This document shows, one piece after another, positions 1-15,771 of a DNA stretch of 64,000 bases (positions are counted from its first letter, which is position 1; every line of letters begins with the position of its first letter). The notes under the pieces are model-generated. The model searched no databases and had not been told where the DNA came from. It saw only the letters and a list, made by a program, of their open reading frames with translations. Source of the stretch: the human T2T-CHM13v2.0 reference genome, Homo sapiens. The stretch lies in assembly GCF_009914755.1 (NCBI RefSeq), contig NC_060947.1; one strand, 5' to 3'. A program made the translations under genes and the position numbers.

Positions 1-261
1 GTGAGTTCACAGGATAATCTGAGCAGCTGTTGATTGTGAAAGTGGATGTGAGATTTTAAAGTTTGAAAAGTGACATGAAAATACCAAACCTATTTGAAAT
101 GTTCAGGTTGAAATGTTCAAATTAAGAGTAATGTTGAGAGACAAGAGAGTAAAAACATGTACAATAATGGTTTAATTCACATGCATGAGTCAATCATATT
201 AGTAGGTGGGTGGTACTAGAAGTGGGTGGAAATAGGATGGTGAAAATGAGGGAGAAAAACC

Positions 262-720
262 AACTATAAAAAAATGTGCCAATTCAAAGTTCAGAGGAAC
301 TGTAAGTGAATCAATTTGTATTCCTGCAAAATAATTTACACAATGATCTGTCACATATCAAGCTTAATATGACATTCTGCCTCTGGTATCCTTATGAGGA
401 AGTGTCAAAGAGCCCAACATTTCAGTTTTTTTCATTGGTAATTTCAAGCTCTGTAGCACTGTGGTTCTATTGTATTTTGTCCTTTTGAATTTTTCCCACA
501 TTTCCCCACTTTTGGTGGTTCTTTCTCTTTGTTTTTACTCCCCACAGCTGAACTGCTTCCTCCTGCCCACCCCTCTTTGCAACTGTGGAGCCCCACCCTG
601 GCCACTGTGCTTCTCCAATGGCCTTGACCACCACTGCAGCCACCATCTAAAGAGAATTGAGAGATTCCTCTCACTTCCCCTTTTTCAGGCTCCCAAGTGC
701 TGCAGCAGCAATAGTAGCCT
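262..720 (-). pseudogene. Decayed retrocopy fragment of the PPP2R5C (PP2A B56-gamma) long-isoform 5' end: 5'UTR plus first ~30 codons
   Basis: Minus-strand 545-459 translates VGSKNKEKEPPKVGKCGKNSKGQNTIEPQ, resembling the recalled PPP2R5C long-isoform N-terminus [31 protein letters not shown] (and PPP2R5D KEKEPPKVAKC). Upstream 720-546 looks like a CpG-decayed GC-rich 5'UTR. Outer boundaries uncertain. Confidence 0.65.
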
Positions 721-1118
721 TGTACATATTTTTTGGTAAACATAGTTGCACTTCTGTTGAGTTTATACTTAGAATTGAAACCATTAAGTAATGCAGTATG
801 GATATATACTCTCCTTTGAAAGATATTGCCAAGGAGTTTTCCAAATTATTGTACCAATTTATAATCCTACCAGTGATGAATAACAATTCAAGTTTCTCTT
901 CATCCTTGCTAAACAGTTGGCATTGTCTTTTTTTTTTTATTCTTTCATTTTAGCCATGCTGATGAAAATGTAGTGGTATCTTACTTTGGTTTGCTGTTGT
1001 TGTCCATGTCTTTCTTTTAATTATTTTGAAATAATTGTAGACTCATGAAAAAGTTACAAAAATAGTACAAAGCATTCCAAGATACCCTTCACCTAAATTC
1101 CCCTCATATTAGAATCTT

Positions 1119-1266
1119 ATTTTTTTAAGACAGTGTCGCACGCTATTGCCCAGGCTGGAGTGCAGTGGCTGGCACTATTACAGCTCAAACTTCTGGGCTC
1201 AAGGGATCCTCCTGCCTCAGCCCCTCAAGTAGCTGTGACTACAGCAGTGTGCCACCATGCCAGCTA
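1119..1266 (-). mobile_element. Alu monomer (FLAM-like)
   Basis: gcccaggctggagtgcagtgg...tcctcctgcctcagcc...gtgccaccatgccagc; monomer length. Confidence 0.85.
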
Positions 1267-1479
1267 ACGTTAACATCTTAAACACCCATGGTTCAGCTTT
1301 AGCAATCATGATATTAATATTGATCCAATACAATTAACTAATTTACAGGCCTTATTTGAATTTTGTCAGTTGTCCCACTAATGTCTTCTTTCTGGTCCAG
1401 GATCCAATTGCATTTAATTATCATGTCTCCTTAGTCTCCTCCAATCTGTGACAATTCCTCAGTCTTCATCTTTCATGAC

Positions 1480-1931
1480 TATGGAGGGTTAAATAATGGC
1501 CCCAAAGATGTTCATGTTCTAATCCCAGTCTTATATGACAAAAAGGACTTTGCAGATACTATTAAGTTAAGAATCTTAAGATGGGGTGATAACTCTGGAT
1601 TGTTCAGGTAGCCCCAATGTAATCACAAAGGTCCTTAATAAGGGGGAAGGCAGGCAGGAGAGAAGAGTCAGTAGTAGGAAATACAACAATGGAAGCAAAA
1701 TGGTGGAGCAGTGTAAGGAAAGGGTCATGAACCAAGGCATGCAGGTGGCCTCTAGAAGGTTAAAAGAAAAGGGAATTGATTCTCCCTTTAGAGACTCCAG
1801 AAGGAATGCAGCCCTGCTGATGACTTAACTTTAGACTTCTGACTTCCAGAACTGTAAGAAAATGAATTTGTGTTACTTTAAGCCGCTATGTTTGTGGTAA
1901 TTTGTTACAGCAGCAATAGGAAACTAATACA
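1480..1931 (+). mobile_element. MaLR solo LTR (MLT1D-like)
   Basis: Typical MLT1 body and 3' end (ttgttacagcagcaataggaaactaataca); 5-bp TSD ATGAC at 1475-1479 and 1932-1936. Confidence 0.85.
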
Positions 1932-3259
1932 ATGACCTCTATACTTTTGAAGAGCACTAGTCAGTTATTTTGTAGAATGTCCCTAATTGGAGCTTGTTTG
2001 ACATTTTCTCATGATTAAATTGAAGTTATGCATTTTTTGGCAAGAATATCACAGAGGTGATATTGTACTCTTCTTAATGCATCATGTCAGGGGGTATGTG
2101 GTGCCAATATGCCTTATTACTGCTGATGGCAATCTTGATCACTTGGCTAAGATGGTGTTTACTCGGTTTCTCCACTATAAAGTTGTTATTTTCCCTTTTG
2201 CAATTGATGAATTTTGCGGGGTAAATACTTTGAGACTATACTAATATCTTTTTTCTCTTTACACTTTTGCCCACTAATTTTAGCATCCATCAACATTTCT
2301 TGCTTGCAATAATTATTACTGTGATGTTTGCCTAATGATAATTATCTATTTCCGTCATCCTTTATACACTTATTAATTGGAATTCTTCTATAGGAAAAAG
2401 CTATCCCTGGCTTTTCTAGAATGGAAGGGGAAAAAGAAAGAAAGAAAGAGCTATCCCTCTCCTAACTTTATTTAATTATTTATTTCTATCAGAGTGGACC
2501 CGAGTATATTTCTTTTATTCTACCAGTTATAATCCATTATTTACTTTGTTGCTCAAATTGTCCCAGATATGGCCACTGAGAACTCCCTATAGTTGCCTAT
2601 TCTATAAAGATATTCTCCTAAATTTTTTTCTGAAAGCTATATTGTTTTACTTTTCACATTTGTATCTGCAAACCATCTGGAATTCATTTCTGTATATGAT
2701 ATGAAGAAAAGGTCAACATACATTTTCCTTTGTATGGATACTCAAGTAATTATTTACTGAAAAGCACCAATTATTGAAAAGACTGTCATTTCCCCCACTG
2801 AATTGCAATGTTGTCTTTGACATAATGTATGTGTGGATTTGTTTGTAGATCCTCTGCTCCATTGGTCTACTTGTCTATCCTTGTGTCAATACCATATTAA
2901 CTTAATACTTGTAGCTAGATAAAGCTTGGTTTCTGGTATTACGTCTTGTTTTGTCCTTCAAATTTGCCTCAGTTATTCTTGGCCTTTTACATTTCCATAT
3001 AAATTTTTGAGTTGGCTTGTCAATTTCCACAAATAAAAAAATTCCTGTTGGAATTTGGGATTGTCTTGAATCTATAGATCAAATCGGTAAGAATTGATGT
3101 CTTTACAATATTGAGATTTACAATTTACCTATTTATTTAGGTCTCATTTACTTCCTCTCAAAAAATGTTTTAGAACTTTCTGTTTAGAAGCCTTGTACAC
3201 TTTTTCTGGTTTTGCTCTTAGATATTGGATGTTTTTCAATGCTATTTTGTTTTTGTTTT

Positions 3260-4012
<753 letters not shown>

Positions 4013-4255
4013 AAGGCAAGAGGATCACTTGAGCCCAGGAGTTAAAGACCAGACTGGGCAACAAAGCAAGATCTTATCATTACAAAAAAAATTTTTTTTA
4101 ATTACCTGGGTATAATGGCATGCACTTGTCATCCTAGCTACTTGTGAGGCTGAGGCAAGAGGATCGCTTGAACCCAAGAGTTTGAGGCTGCAGTGAGCTA
4201 TGATCACACCACTGGACTCCAGCCTAGGCAACAGAGACCCCATCACCAAAAAAAA
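4013..4255 (+). mobile_element. AluJ, 5'-truncated
   Basis: gaggatcacttgagcccaggag...ggctgcagtgagctatgatcacaccactg; A tail. Confidence 0.9.
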
Positions 4256-4496
4256 TTTTTTTTAATTTTTAAAGAAAGAGAGTATACTTTCTCTGTTGAA
4301 TTTTTGTAGTATCTTTGTCCAAAATAAGTTGAATATATATATATATATATATATACACCTAACATTTAGATATGTTGAAATTATATATTATATATATTTA
4401 TTTGTACATATGCTATTTTGTTCCACAGATCTGCATGTGTATTCTTACATCAATACCACATTGCCTAGATTAGTAGAGTCTAATAGTAAGGCTTAA

Positions 4497-4812
4497 GGTA
4501 GTGGGGAGCTGCGGAGGAAGTGGGGATGGTTAATGAGTACAAAAAAAATTAGAAAGACTGAATAAGACCTACTATTTGATAGCACAACAGGGTGACTATA
4601 GTCAATAATAACTTAATTGTACATTTAAAAATAACTGAAAACATGTAATTGAATAGTTTGTGACTCAAAGGATAAATGCTTGATGGCATGGATCCCCCAT
4701 TCTCCATAATGTGCTTATTTCACATTGCATGCCTGCATCAAAACATCTCATGTACCTCATAAATATATACACCTACTATATACCCATGAATATTAAAAAT
4801 TTTAAAATAAAA
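4497..4812 (+). mobile_element. L1MA-type 3' end
   Basis: gaataagacctactatttgatagcacaacagggtgactatagtcaataataacttaattgtacattt...cataaatatatacacctactat, then A-rich tail. Confidence 0.85.
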
Positions 4813-4814
4813 AC

Positions 4815-6560
4815 GTTAGAAATCAGGTAGTATAAATACCACGATTTCACTCTTTCTCAAAATCATTTTTGATATTTTAGGTTCTTTGAATTTTCATACA
4901 AATTTTAGAATCTTGTCAATTTCTACAAAAATATGCTAGGATTTTAATTGAGATTGCCTTGAATTTATAGGTCAATTTTCAGAAAACAGACAATGATAGG
5001 AGTACAATTAATTTTTATATATAGATCTTGTGGCCTGGAATCTTGATAAACTAACTTATTTTGCAGAGGAAGTAGCTTTTTTTGCAGAGGAAATGAAGGG
5101 AGAGACTATATACCGTTCTGTCAAGACATTTGGCTGTGGTAAGGAGTAGGAGAGAGAGTAGTTAGCCGAAGGGTAATGTCAATTTGAAAGTTTTTTATTA
5201 TTTGGCTGGATGGTTTTCTTTTATTTTTATTTTTGCTCTATTGTATTAATGAGAGAGTTTTAAACAGGTTTAAAAGCTGAAGGACCCAAGAGAGAAGAAA
5301 TACTTTAATATAGAACAGAGAAAATATGATCAAATCATCAATAATTTAAGGAGGGTATAGAATTTTTGTTCTGTAAAACACACCCTTCCTTACCAACACA
5401 CATAAACATGGACTTCCCTACCCTTCATCCTTCCAATAGAGTCATGTTGCAATTATTATTTAAACTGATGTTTGTTGTTTACATTATTATGACTATGTCA
5501 ATATCTATCACTGCTGAGTCAAGTTATACTACGATTATATTTCTTCTCTTCTACGTCTCTTTTCTCCCTAAAGTTAGTTTGTCCCTTTTAAAAAAGTGTT
5601 GATTTTTTATTTATCACCAATATTCCTTAAATTCCCCTTCCCCAAATACTTTTTCACATGATCAAAGGAATCTAGAATTCTGTCAGTTTCATATTTTTAA
5701 TGGAGAATCTGTCCTACAGGCCTCAATTCTTTTGATCCACTCTGGACTGATTGCCCTCTAGGCTTGCTGCACAGCTACCATCTTAGTGCTTCCTTTCATT
5801 CCCCTGCTATATAATGGATTTCCTATTTCCTGGGTCCCAAACAGTCCTGCCTCTTGGAGCCTTTCCTCTAGTCACTTCCTAAGAAAGGATATATGGGAGG
5901 TAAGTTTTCTTAGATCTTACTTGTTTGAAAATGTATTTATTCTAAGCTAAATCTTGGTTAATAGCTTTGCTAGGTATAAAATTCTTATTTAAAAATAATT
6001 TTCTTTTAGAATTTTGAAAACATTTTTTCATTGTTTTCTAACTTCCAGTGTGCCTACTAGAAATTCTGATGCCATTCTGGCTCCCCAATCCTTTATATAT
6101 AACCTGGATTTTTTTCTGGAAGCTTTTAATATATTTTATTTATCCCTTATGTTCTCAATGTTTGTGATGATTTGCCATAATGTAGCTTCATTTTCATTAA
6201 TTGAACTGGGCACCTGTTGGACCTTTACAATCTGGATATTTATGTCCTTAATTAATGGGAAATGTATACCATTTCTTTTATAACTTCCTACTACCCATTT
6301 TCTCTCTTCTTTCTTCCTAGAACTCCTACTGATTGAATTTTGGTCTTCTCAATTGACTCTCTATTTTTTCTTATCTTTTCTCTCCAATTTTCCATGACTA
6401 TCTTTTTGCTTTCCTTTCTGGGTAAGAGCCTTATCTTACAACTTTTCCAATGATTATTTAACATCCAATAATACTGTTTTAAATTTCTAATGGCTGTTTC
6501 TTGCCTTATATTCCTTTTTTTAAAGGATCCTATTTCAGTTTCTTGAATAAAATAATTTAT
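4815..6560 (-). mobile_element. Ancient L1M fragments (ORF2/ORF1 region), degraded
   Basis: T-rich antisense L1-like motifs (aaattttagaatcttgtcaatttctacaaaa; tttgaaaatgtatttattct...ctaggtataaaattct). Confidence 0.55.
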
Positions 6561-6564
6561 CTCT

Positions 6565-6820
6565 TTTTGGGGGAGGGGGAATGAAGAGAAGTGAATTAAT
6601 GGGTTCGAATATACAGTTTGGTAGAAGAAATAAGACCTAGTGTTAAATAGATCAGTAGGATGACTGTATTTTATAATCGATTGTACATTTCAAAATAGCT
6701 AGAAGACAAGAATTTGCATGGCTGTAGCATTAAAAAAGATATTTAAGGTGATGAATATCCCAAGTATATTGATTTGACCTTTATAAATTATATGAATGTA
6801 TTAAATTATCGCATGTCTCC
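6565..6820 (+). mobile_element. L1MA-type 3' end fragment
   Basis: gtagaagaaataagacctagtgtt...ttgtacatttcaaaatagctagaaga. Confidence 0.75.
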
Positions 6821-6824
6821 CCCC

Positions 6825-7024
6825 GCCAAAAAATACCACAGGCTAGATGGCTTAAACAACAGAAATTTATTTTTCACAGTTCTGGAGGCTGGAAAGTCTA
6901 AGACCAAGGCTCTGTCCAATTCAGTTTCTGCTAAGGGCTCTTTTCCTGGCTTGCAGATGGCCACCTTATTGCTGTGTGCTCACACAGTAGGAGGAGAGAG
7001 AGAAAGAGAGAGAGAGAGAGAGAA

Positions 7025-7071
<47 letters not shown>

Positions 7072-7260
7072 TTGTGTGTGTGTGTGAGCTCTCTGGTGTC
7101 TCTTCTTATAAGGGCACTTATCCTATTGGATCAAGGCTCTACCCTTATAATCCCATTTTACCTTAGTTACTTTCTCACAGGCCCTATGTCAAACTACAAT
7201 CACATTGTGGGTTAGGGCTTCAATATATGCATTTAGGGTATACTCAGTTCAATCCATAGA
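6825..7260 (-). mobile_element. MaLR LTR (MLT1A/B-like) containing a (GA)n(TG)n microsatellite at ~6993-7086
   Basis: ggcttaaacaacagaaatttatttttcacagttctggaggctggaaagtc...tctcttcttataagggcact...ttagggcttcaa. Confidence 0.85.
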
Positions 7261-7327
7261 AGGGGCATTATCTCACAGCTGCCTAACATATACAGGATCA
7301 AGAGAGGTTTTATTAAAAATAATTATA

Positions 7328-7455
7328 GGCAGTGTGCAATGACTCATGTCTGCAATCCCAGTGCTTTAGGAGGCTGAGGCAAGAGGATTGCTTCAGGCCA
7401 GGAGTTTAAGATCAGCCTGGGCAACATAGCGAGACCCCATCTCTACAAAAATTTT
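7328..7455 (+). mobile_element. Alu left monomer (FLAM-like)
   Basis: gcaatcccagtgctttaggaggctgaggcaagaggattgctt...gagaccccatctctacaaaa. Confidence 0.85.
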
Positions 7456-7529
7456 TAAAATATAGAATTAAAATTTAATTATTATATATAATTAAAAATG
7501 TGTCTTTGGAGTTATAAATGAACCCAAGA

Positions 7530-8560
7530 TCCAAAGAAACCCTACAAAGTTGTGAGAGAGATGTACTGACAAAAGCACCACTTCCTTTAACTAAAAGAAG
7601 CTGAGACTTTCCAAAATGGAAAGAGGCTTCTGGACCATCAAGTTTCTATGGACAAGAAGCAGACTAAGAAAGCTACTAAGGTACAAATATGGATCATTTC
7701 TTTTGGAAAAGAAAAGATATCTCAGAGTGCAGAGCCAAGAATTACGGAGAACATTGAACTGGGGAATGGGAACCACTCCCAAAAAACAGAAGTAGGTCCT
7801 AATTACACTCCTTGTCCCAAGAAAAGGAAGTCCTGACAACATGTCCCAGTCTAGATTTCAGAATGCCTTCTACTTGCTTCCTGTTCCTCTTATTTTTGAA
7901 AGGAAATGTCTACTGAAGCTACCCTGTTCCTCTCACCACTGCATATTGAGGTGTGATGAGGACATGTAAATTTTCATTTCAGTGCACAGGTCTTTAGATT
8001 AAGAGGAGTCACATAGGAGGTTCAGTACCTGAGGTGTCTCATTCACATCTGGACTCAATTAGGTAAGAACCTGGACTCCACATCTGAAACCATAATAAAA
8101 TGAGAATTTTGCTGGGGAGGAGGTGAGTACATTTTGCATCTGGAATGAATGTAAATGATTGTAGCAAGAAAGAAGACTGTTCTGTTTGCAAGAATGTAGA
8201 TTGTTTGCAAACAGTGGATTGCAGCAGAAGCAATGTGACTTCAAGAAGCCTTTCAGTTTTCACTCTTGCCATCTAGGAACCTTGGAACCTCCATGAATAG
8301 AAGCCCAAGCTAGCCCCCTTGAGGACAGGAAACTAAATAGATTGAAAAAAAAAAAAAAGGCCCAGCTGACAGGTACTACCAACTGACGGAATGTGAATGG
8401 GACCATCTAGGACCATCCAGCCCCAAGAACATCATTAGATTACTGCAGTCACAATGAGCAACCCTCAGCAAGATCAGCAGAACTTCCCAGCTGAACCTAG
8501 AGCAAATTCCTCACCCACAGAATCATGAGCAAATAAGAGTGGTTGTTGTTTTAAGGCAAT
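7530..8560 (+). mobile_element. MaLR internal remnant plus MLT1F/G/H-like LTR
   Basis: LTR 3' motifs ccagctgaacctagagcaaattcctcacccacagaatcatgagcaaataa...gttgttttaag, preceded by MLT-int-like sequence. Confidence 0.65.
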
Positions 8561-8889
8561 AAACAAGAAGAAAAAATGTTTTATCTCTCTAAGGAAATTA
8601 ATTATTGAGTTTTTAAAGTTTTCTGTTCTATGCATTGTCCCTGTTTTCTTAGAGTTTTTTGTTCTCTTTGTGTGTGTGTGTGTGTATGTGTGTGTGTGTG
8701 TGCTTGTGTATGTATTTGTGTGCTTTCTCTCTTTCACATTAGAGTCTTTTCCCAAATGCCTGAAGATCCTCTACTACCTATTTGTATTTTTAAATGGAAG
8801 TATTTTTAAGTCTTACTAACTGGTAGGCTTCACTATAGATGATTGGGCAGGAACCCAGAAATTCCATTGGAAGGACAATTATCAACACA

Positions 8890-10424
<1,535 letters not shown>

Positions 10425-10930
10425 TTAAATGTTTTCATTTCTATATATTTAGAGGGTACAAGTGCAGATTTCTTACATGCATATATTGCATAATGGTGAA
10501 GTCTGAGATTTTAATGTGCCCATTACCCAAATAGTGAACATTGTACCCAACAGGTAAATTTTCAGCCCTCATCCTCTCTACCCTCTCACCTTTTGTAGTC
10601 TCCAATGCCTATTATTCTACCTTGTATGTTCATATGTACCCATCGTTTAACACCCACTTATAAGTGACTACATGCAGTATTTGACTTTATGTTTCTGAGT
10701 TATTTCAGCCAGGATAATGGCCTCCAGTTCCATTTATGTTGCTGCAAAACACATGATTTCATCCTTTTTTTATGGTTGAGTAGTATTCCATGGTGTATAT
10801 ATACTACATTTTCTTTATCCAATCCTTCCTTGATGGGCACTTGATTCCATATCTTTTCTATTGTGAACAGTCCTGTGATAAACATATGAGTGCAGGTATA
10901 ATGATTGCTTTCCCTCTGGGTGTACACTAG

Positions 10931-11274
<344 letters not shown>

Positions 11275-12430
11275 TATTTTTAGTTCTTTAGGAAATCTCC
11301 AAACTGCTTTCCACAGTGGCTGAACTAATTTACATTCCCACCAACTGTGTATAAGTGTTCTCTTTTCTCCACAGCCTCACCAATTTATGTTGTTTTTAGA
11401 CTTTTTAATAATAGCTATTCTGACTGGTGTAAGATGGTATCTGGTGGTTTTAATTTGCATTTCTCTGATGATTAATGATGTTGAACATTTTTCATATGTT
11501 TGTTGTTTGCTTGTATGTCTTCTTTTGAAAAATGTCTGTTCATGTCCTCTACCCACTTTATAATGGGCTTATTTGTTTTTTTTTCTTATTGAGCTATTTG
11601 AGTTTCTTGTAGATTTTGGGTATTAGCCCTTGTCAGATACATAGTTTGGAAATATTTTTTCTCATTCTGTAGTTTGTCTGTTTACTATGTTTTTTTTTTC
11701 TGTGCAGAAACTTTTTAGTTTAATTAAATCCTATTTTTCTATTTTTGTTTTGTTGGGTTTACTTTTGAGGACTTGACTTCGTCATAAATTCATTGCCTAA
11801 GTCAATGTCCAAAAGAGTTTTTTCTAGGTTTTCTTCTAGGATTTTTATAGTTTCAGGTCTTATGTTTAGCTCTTTAATCCATCTTGAGTTAATTTTGTAT
11901 GTGGTGAGATATATGGATCCAATTTCATTCTTCTGCCTATGTCTACCCAATTTTCCCAGCACCATTTATTGAATAGGCTGTCCTGTCTCCAGTGTATGTT
12001 TTTGTTGACTTTGTCAAACATCAGTTGATTGTAGCTATATGGCTTTGTTTCTCTATTCCTATTCCATTGACCTATATGTCTATTTTTATACCAATACCAT
12101 GCTGTTTTAGTTATTATAGCCTTATAGTATATTTTGAAGTGAGGTAATGTGATGCCTCCAACTTTGTTCTTTTTGCTTAGGATGGCTTTGGCCATTTGGC
12201 CTTTTTTGCTTCCATATACATTTTAGGATTGTTTTGTCTAATTCTGTGAAAAATAACCTTGGTAATTTGATAGAGATTGCATTAAATATGTAAATTGCTT
12301 TGGGCAGTATGGTTATTTTAACAACATTAATTCTTCCAATCTATGAACACAGGCTATTTCTCTATTTATTTGCATTTTCTTCAATTTCTTTCATCAATGT
12401 TTTGTAGTTCTTATAGAAATTTTTCACTTC

Positions 12431-12463
12431 TGTATTAGCATTCTCCAGAGGGAAGAACCAATT

Positions 12464-12510
<47 letters not shown>

Positions 12511-13024
12511 TATTAGGAAGAATTGGCTCTCACAATTATATGGCAAAGTCCTACAGTAGGCCTTCTGCAAGCTGGGGAAAGAGAGAAGCTGGTAGTGGCT
12601 CAGTACAATTCTAAAAGCTTCAAAACCAGAGAAGCTGACAGTGCAGCCTTCAGTCCGTGGCTGAAGGCCCAAGAACCCCTAGAAGCTGCTGGTGCAAGTC
12701 TCAGACTCCAGAGGCCAAAGAGCCTGGAGTCCAATCCAAGAGCATGAGGAGAGGAAGCAAGTGTCTGGCATGGGAAGAGAGACAGCCAGAAGATGCAGCA
12801 AGCAAGCTTATTCCCTCTTCCTCCACCTGCTTTGTTCTAGCTGGCTGGCAGCCAGTTGGATGGTGCCCACCCACAACGTGGGTGGATTTTCCTCTCCCAG
12901 TCCACCAATTCAAATGTCAGTCTCCTCTGGCAACACCTCACAAACACACCCAGAAAGAATACTTTACCAGCCATTTAGGCATTCCTCAATCCAGTCAAAT
13001 TGACACCTACTATTAACCATCACA
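12431..13024 (-). mobile_element. ERVL solo LTR (MLT2B-like) with a (TG)n(AG)n tract
   Basis: TG...CA ends (tgtattagcattctccagaggg...aatccagtcaaattgacacctactattaaccatcaca); perfect TSD ACTTC at 12426-12430 and 13025-13029. Confidence 0.9.
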
Positions 13025-15771
13025 ACTTCCTTGGTTAAATATATTCCTAGGTATTTTATTTTTTTTGTAGCTATTGCGACTGAGATTGCCTTCTTGATTT
13101 GGCCCTCCACTAAATCTTTATTGGTGCATAGAAATACTACTGATTTCTGTACATTAATTTTGTATCCTAAAACTTTACTGAATTTATTTATCAAATCTAA
13201 GAGTTTTTTGGTGGAATCTTTAGGGTTTTCTAGATGTGAATATAATAACTTATCATCAGTAAACAGGAATAATTTGACTATATCTTTTCCAATTTGGATG
13301 CCTTTTTATTTTTTTCTCTTGCCTGGTAGCTCTGATGAGGACTTCCTGTAGTATGTTGAATAAGAGTGGTGAAAGTGGGCATCCTTGTCTTGTCCCAATT
13401 TTTAGAGGGAATGCTTCAACTCTTTCCCTTAAGTATGATGTCAGCTGTGGGTTTGTCATATACTGCCTTTATTATGTTGAGGTATGTTCCTTCTATGCCT
13501 AGTTTGTTGAGGATTTTTATCATGAAGCATTGCTGAATTTTATCGAATGCCTTTGCTGCATTTACTGAGATGATCCTATGGTTTTTGTCCTTAATTCTGT
13601 TTATGCAATGGATCACATTTATTGATTTGCATGTGTTGAACTATCCTTGCATCCCTGGGATAAATCCAACTTAATCATGTTGTATTTTCTTTTTGAGGTG
13701 CTGTTGGATTTGATTTGATACTATTTTGTTGAGATTTTTTGTATCTATGTTCATCAGGGATATTGTTCTCTAGCTTTCTTTTTTTGTTGTGTCCTTCTCT
13801 GGTTTTGGTATCAGGGTGATACTGACCTTATAGAATTAGTTAGGGAGAATTCCTTCCTCCTTGATATTTTGGAATAGTTTCAAGAGGATTGGTATTAGTT
13901 CTTCTTGGTATATTTGATAGAATTTGGCTGTGAATCCTTCTGGTCCTGGGTGATTTTCTTGGGAGATTTTTTTTATTACTGATTCAATCTCGCTGCTCAT
14001 TATTGGTTTGGTCAGGAGTTCTAGTTCCTCTTGTTTCAATCTTGGGAGGTTGTGTGTTTCTAGGAATTTATCCATTTCCTCTGGGTTTTCCAGTTCGTGA
14101 GTATATAATTGTTCATAATAGTCTCTGATGATCATTTTTATTTCTGTGGTATCAGTTGTAATGTCTCTTTTTTCATTTCAGATTGTGCTCATTTGGATCT
14201 CTTCTCTTCTTGGTTAGTCTAGCTACTGGTTTATCAATTTTATTTTTTTTTTTCAAAGAACCAACTTTTTGTCTCATTGATCCTTTGTATTTTTTGTTTG
14301 TTTGTTTTCTGTTTCATTTAATTGTGCTCTGATTTTTTGTTACTTCTTTTTTTCTGCTAACTTGGGATTTGGTTTGTTCTTGTTTTCTAGTTCCTTGAGG
14401 TATGACATTAGGTTGTTAATTTGTGATCTTTCTGCTTTTGATGTAAGCAATGTATTTTGTTTTTGCTTCGAGTTTTTCAGTTCCAGAATTTCTGTATTTT
14501 TTAATGGTATCTATCTCCTTGTTTAATATTTCATTCATATCTTGAATTAATTTTCTGATTTCTTGGTATTGGTTTTCAGATTTCTCTTGCATCTCATTGA
14601 GCCTCTTTAAAAATCAATATTTTGAATTTTTCTTTATCTGACATTTTGAGGAATTCTTTGATTGGTATCTGTTGCTGGACAATTGTGGTCTTTCGGTGCT
14701 GTCATATTTCCCTGCTTTTTCACATTTCTTGTGTCCTTTCCATTGATATCTGCACATGTGGTGTAGCAGTCATTTGTTCCAACTTTTTAAAATTGCTTTT
14801 ATGAGGGAGAATTTTTTGCTAAAAATGATATATATTGTTGGTTAAATAGGATACTTTGGCTTTTATTTTAGGTATCTGCAATAGTGTGACCTTTGTATGA
14901 CTCTTTTGGTAGTACACAGGCAGTACAAGTCAGTGGTATCTGTGATTTCCATGGTGGCTAGAGTACAATTATTAGCTGAGGTGATGGTGAAGTTTTTCTG
15001 AGGACTTGGATGTCAACTGAGCCAGTCTTCAGGCCCCAGTGGTGGCAGCAGTGTGGCTGATGTCCCTGGTTTTAGGCCCCAGAGCAGCTTACACTGGATC
15101 CAGTGTTAGTGGGTGTTGGAGAGCTACTTCCTGGGCCTCCAGGTGGCTTCCTTAAAAGCTAGTAGTTGGGAGAGTCGTGGGCCTGGTGCGTGGCCAGATT
15201 CTCAGACCCCTGGGAAGCTAGGGTCATGTGGGTGATGGCAGTAGCAGTGATGGAGCAACCCAGTGGAACCCAGTTGGTATTCCTGGTTGCTGTGATAGGT
15301 TGGGCAAGCTAGTCCCCAGTCCCACAGCCATGCATAGTAGGGTGGTGGATATTGTGCTATGTGTGCTTAGGAGAGCTTGGTCTTCTGTGTCCCTACCCTA
15401 GCTATGTGGCAGCTGCAGCCAAATAACTTTGAACTCAGCCTGAGAGTAGGCCACAGCCCAACTTTAAACTCTCAAAATGGTGCCACCTGTGGGCTTGTGA
15501 CCAGAGAGAGAGTGGGAGGACTTTTAGGCAAGCAGCATTGCAAGAAGCCGTGGGAAGTGTGGTCTGCTTGAATCTCAGTTTCACAGCAGCCCATTGCAAG
15601 GCAGTGGATATTGTCCTAGGTATGCGTAGGAGAGCCTGGTGTCCTTGTCCCCCTCAGCCAGGCTGCAATCCACATCAACTTGAACTCAGCCCGAGGGTGG
15701 GAAGCAGCCCAAGTGTTAAATTCTCAAAATGGCACCTAGGGCTTGCTACTAGAGAGGGCAAACTAATTCTT

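Larger units (their letters stand above)
721..3255 (-). mobile_element. Ancient L1 (L1MC/L1ME-type) 3' and ORF2 fragments, interrupted by an Alu monomer and an MLT1 LTR
   Basis: T-rich antisense L1 motifs, e.g. ttattttgaaataattgtagactcatgaaaaagttacaaaaatagtaca and acatttccatataaattttt...gaatctatagatcaaat. Confidence 0.7.

Noticed and set aside
6774-7215. VCVCVC/ERERER and THTHTH ORFs here and at ~8.5, 12.5, 47, 53, 55.8 and 62.4 kb
   Set aside because: Translations of dinucleotide microsatellites.
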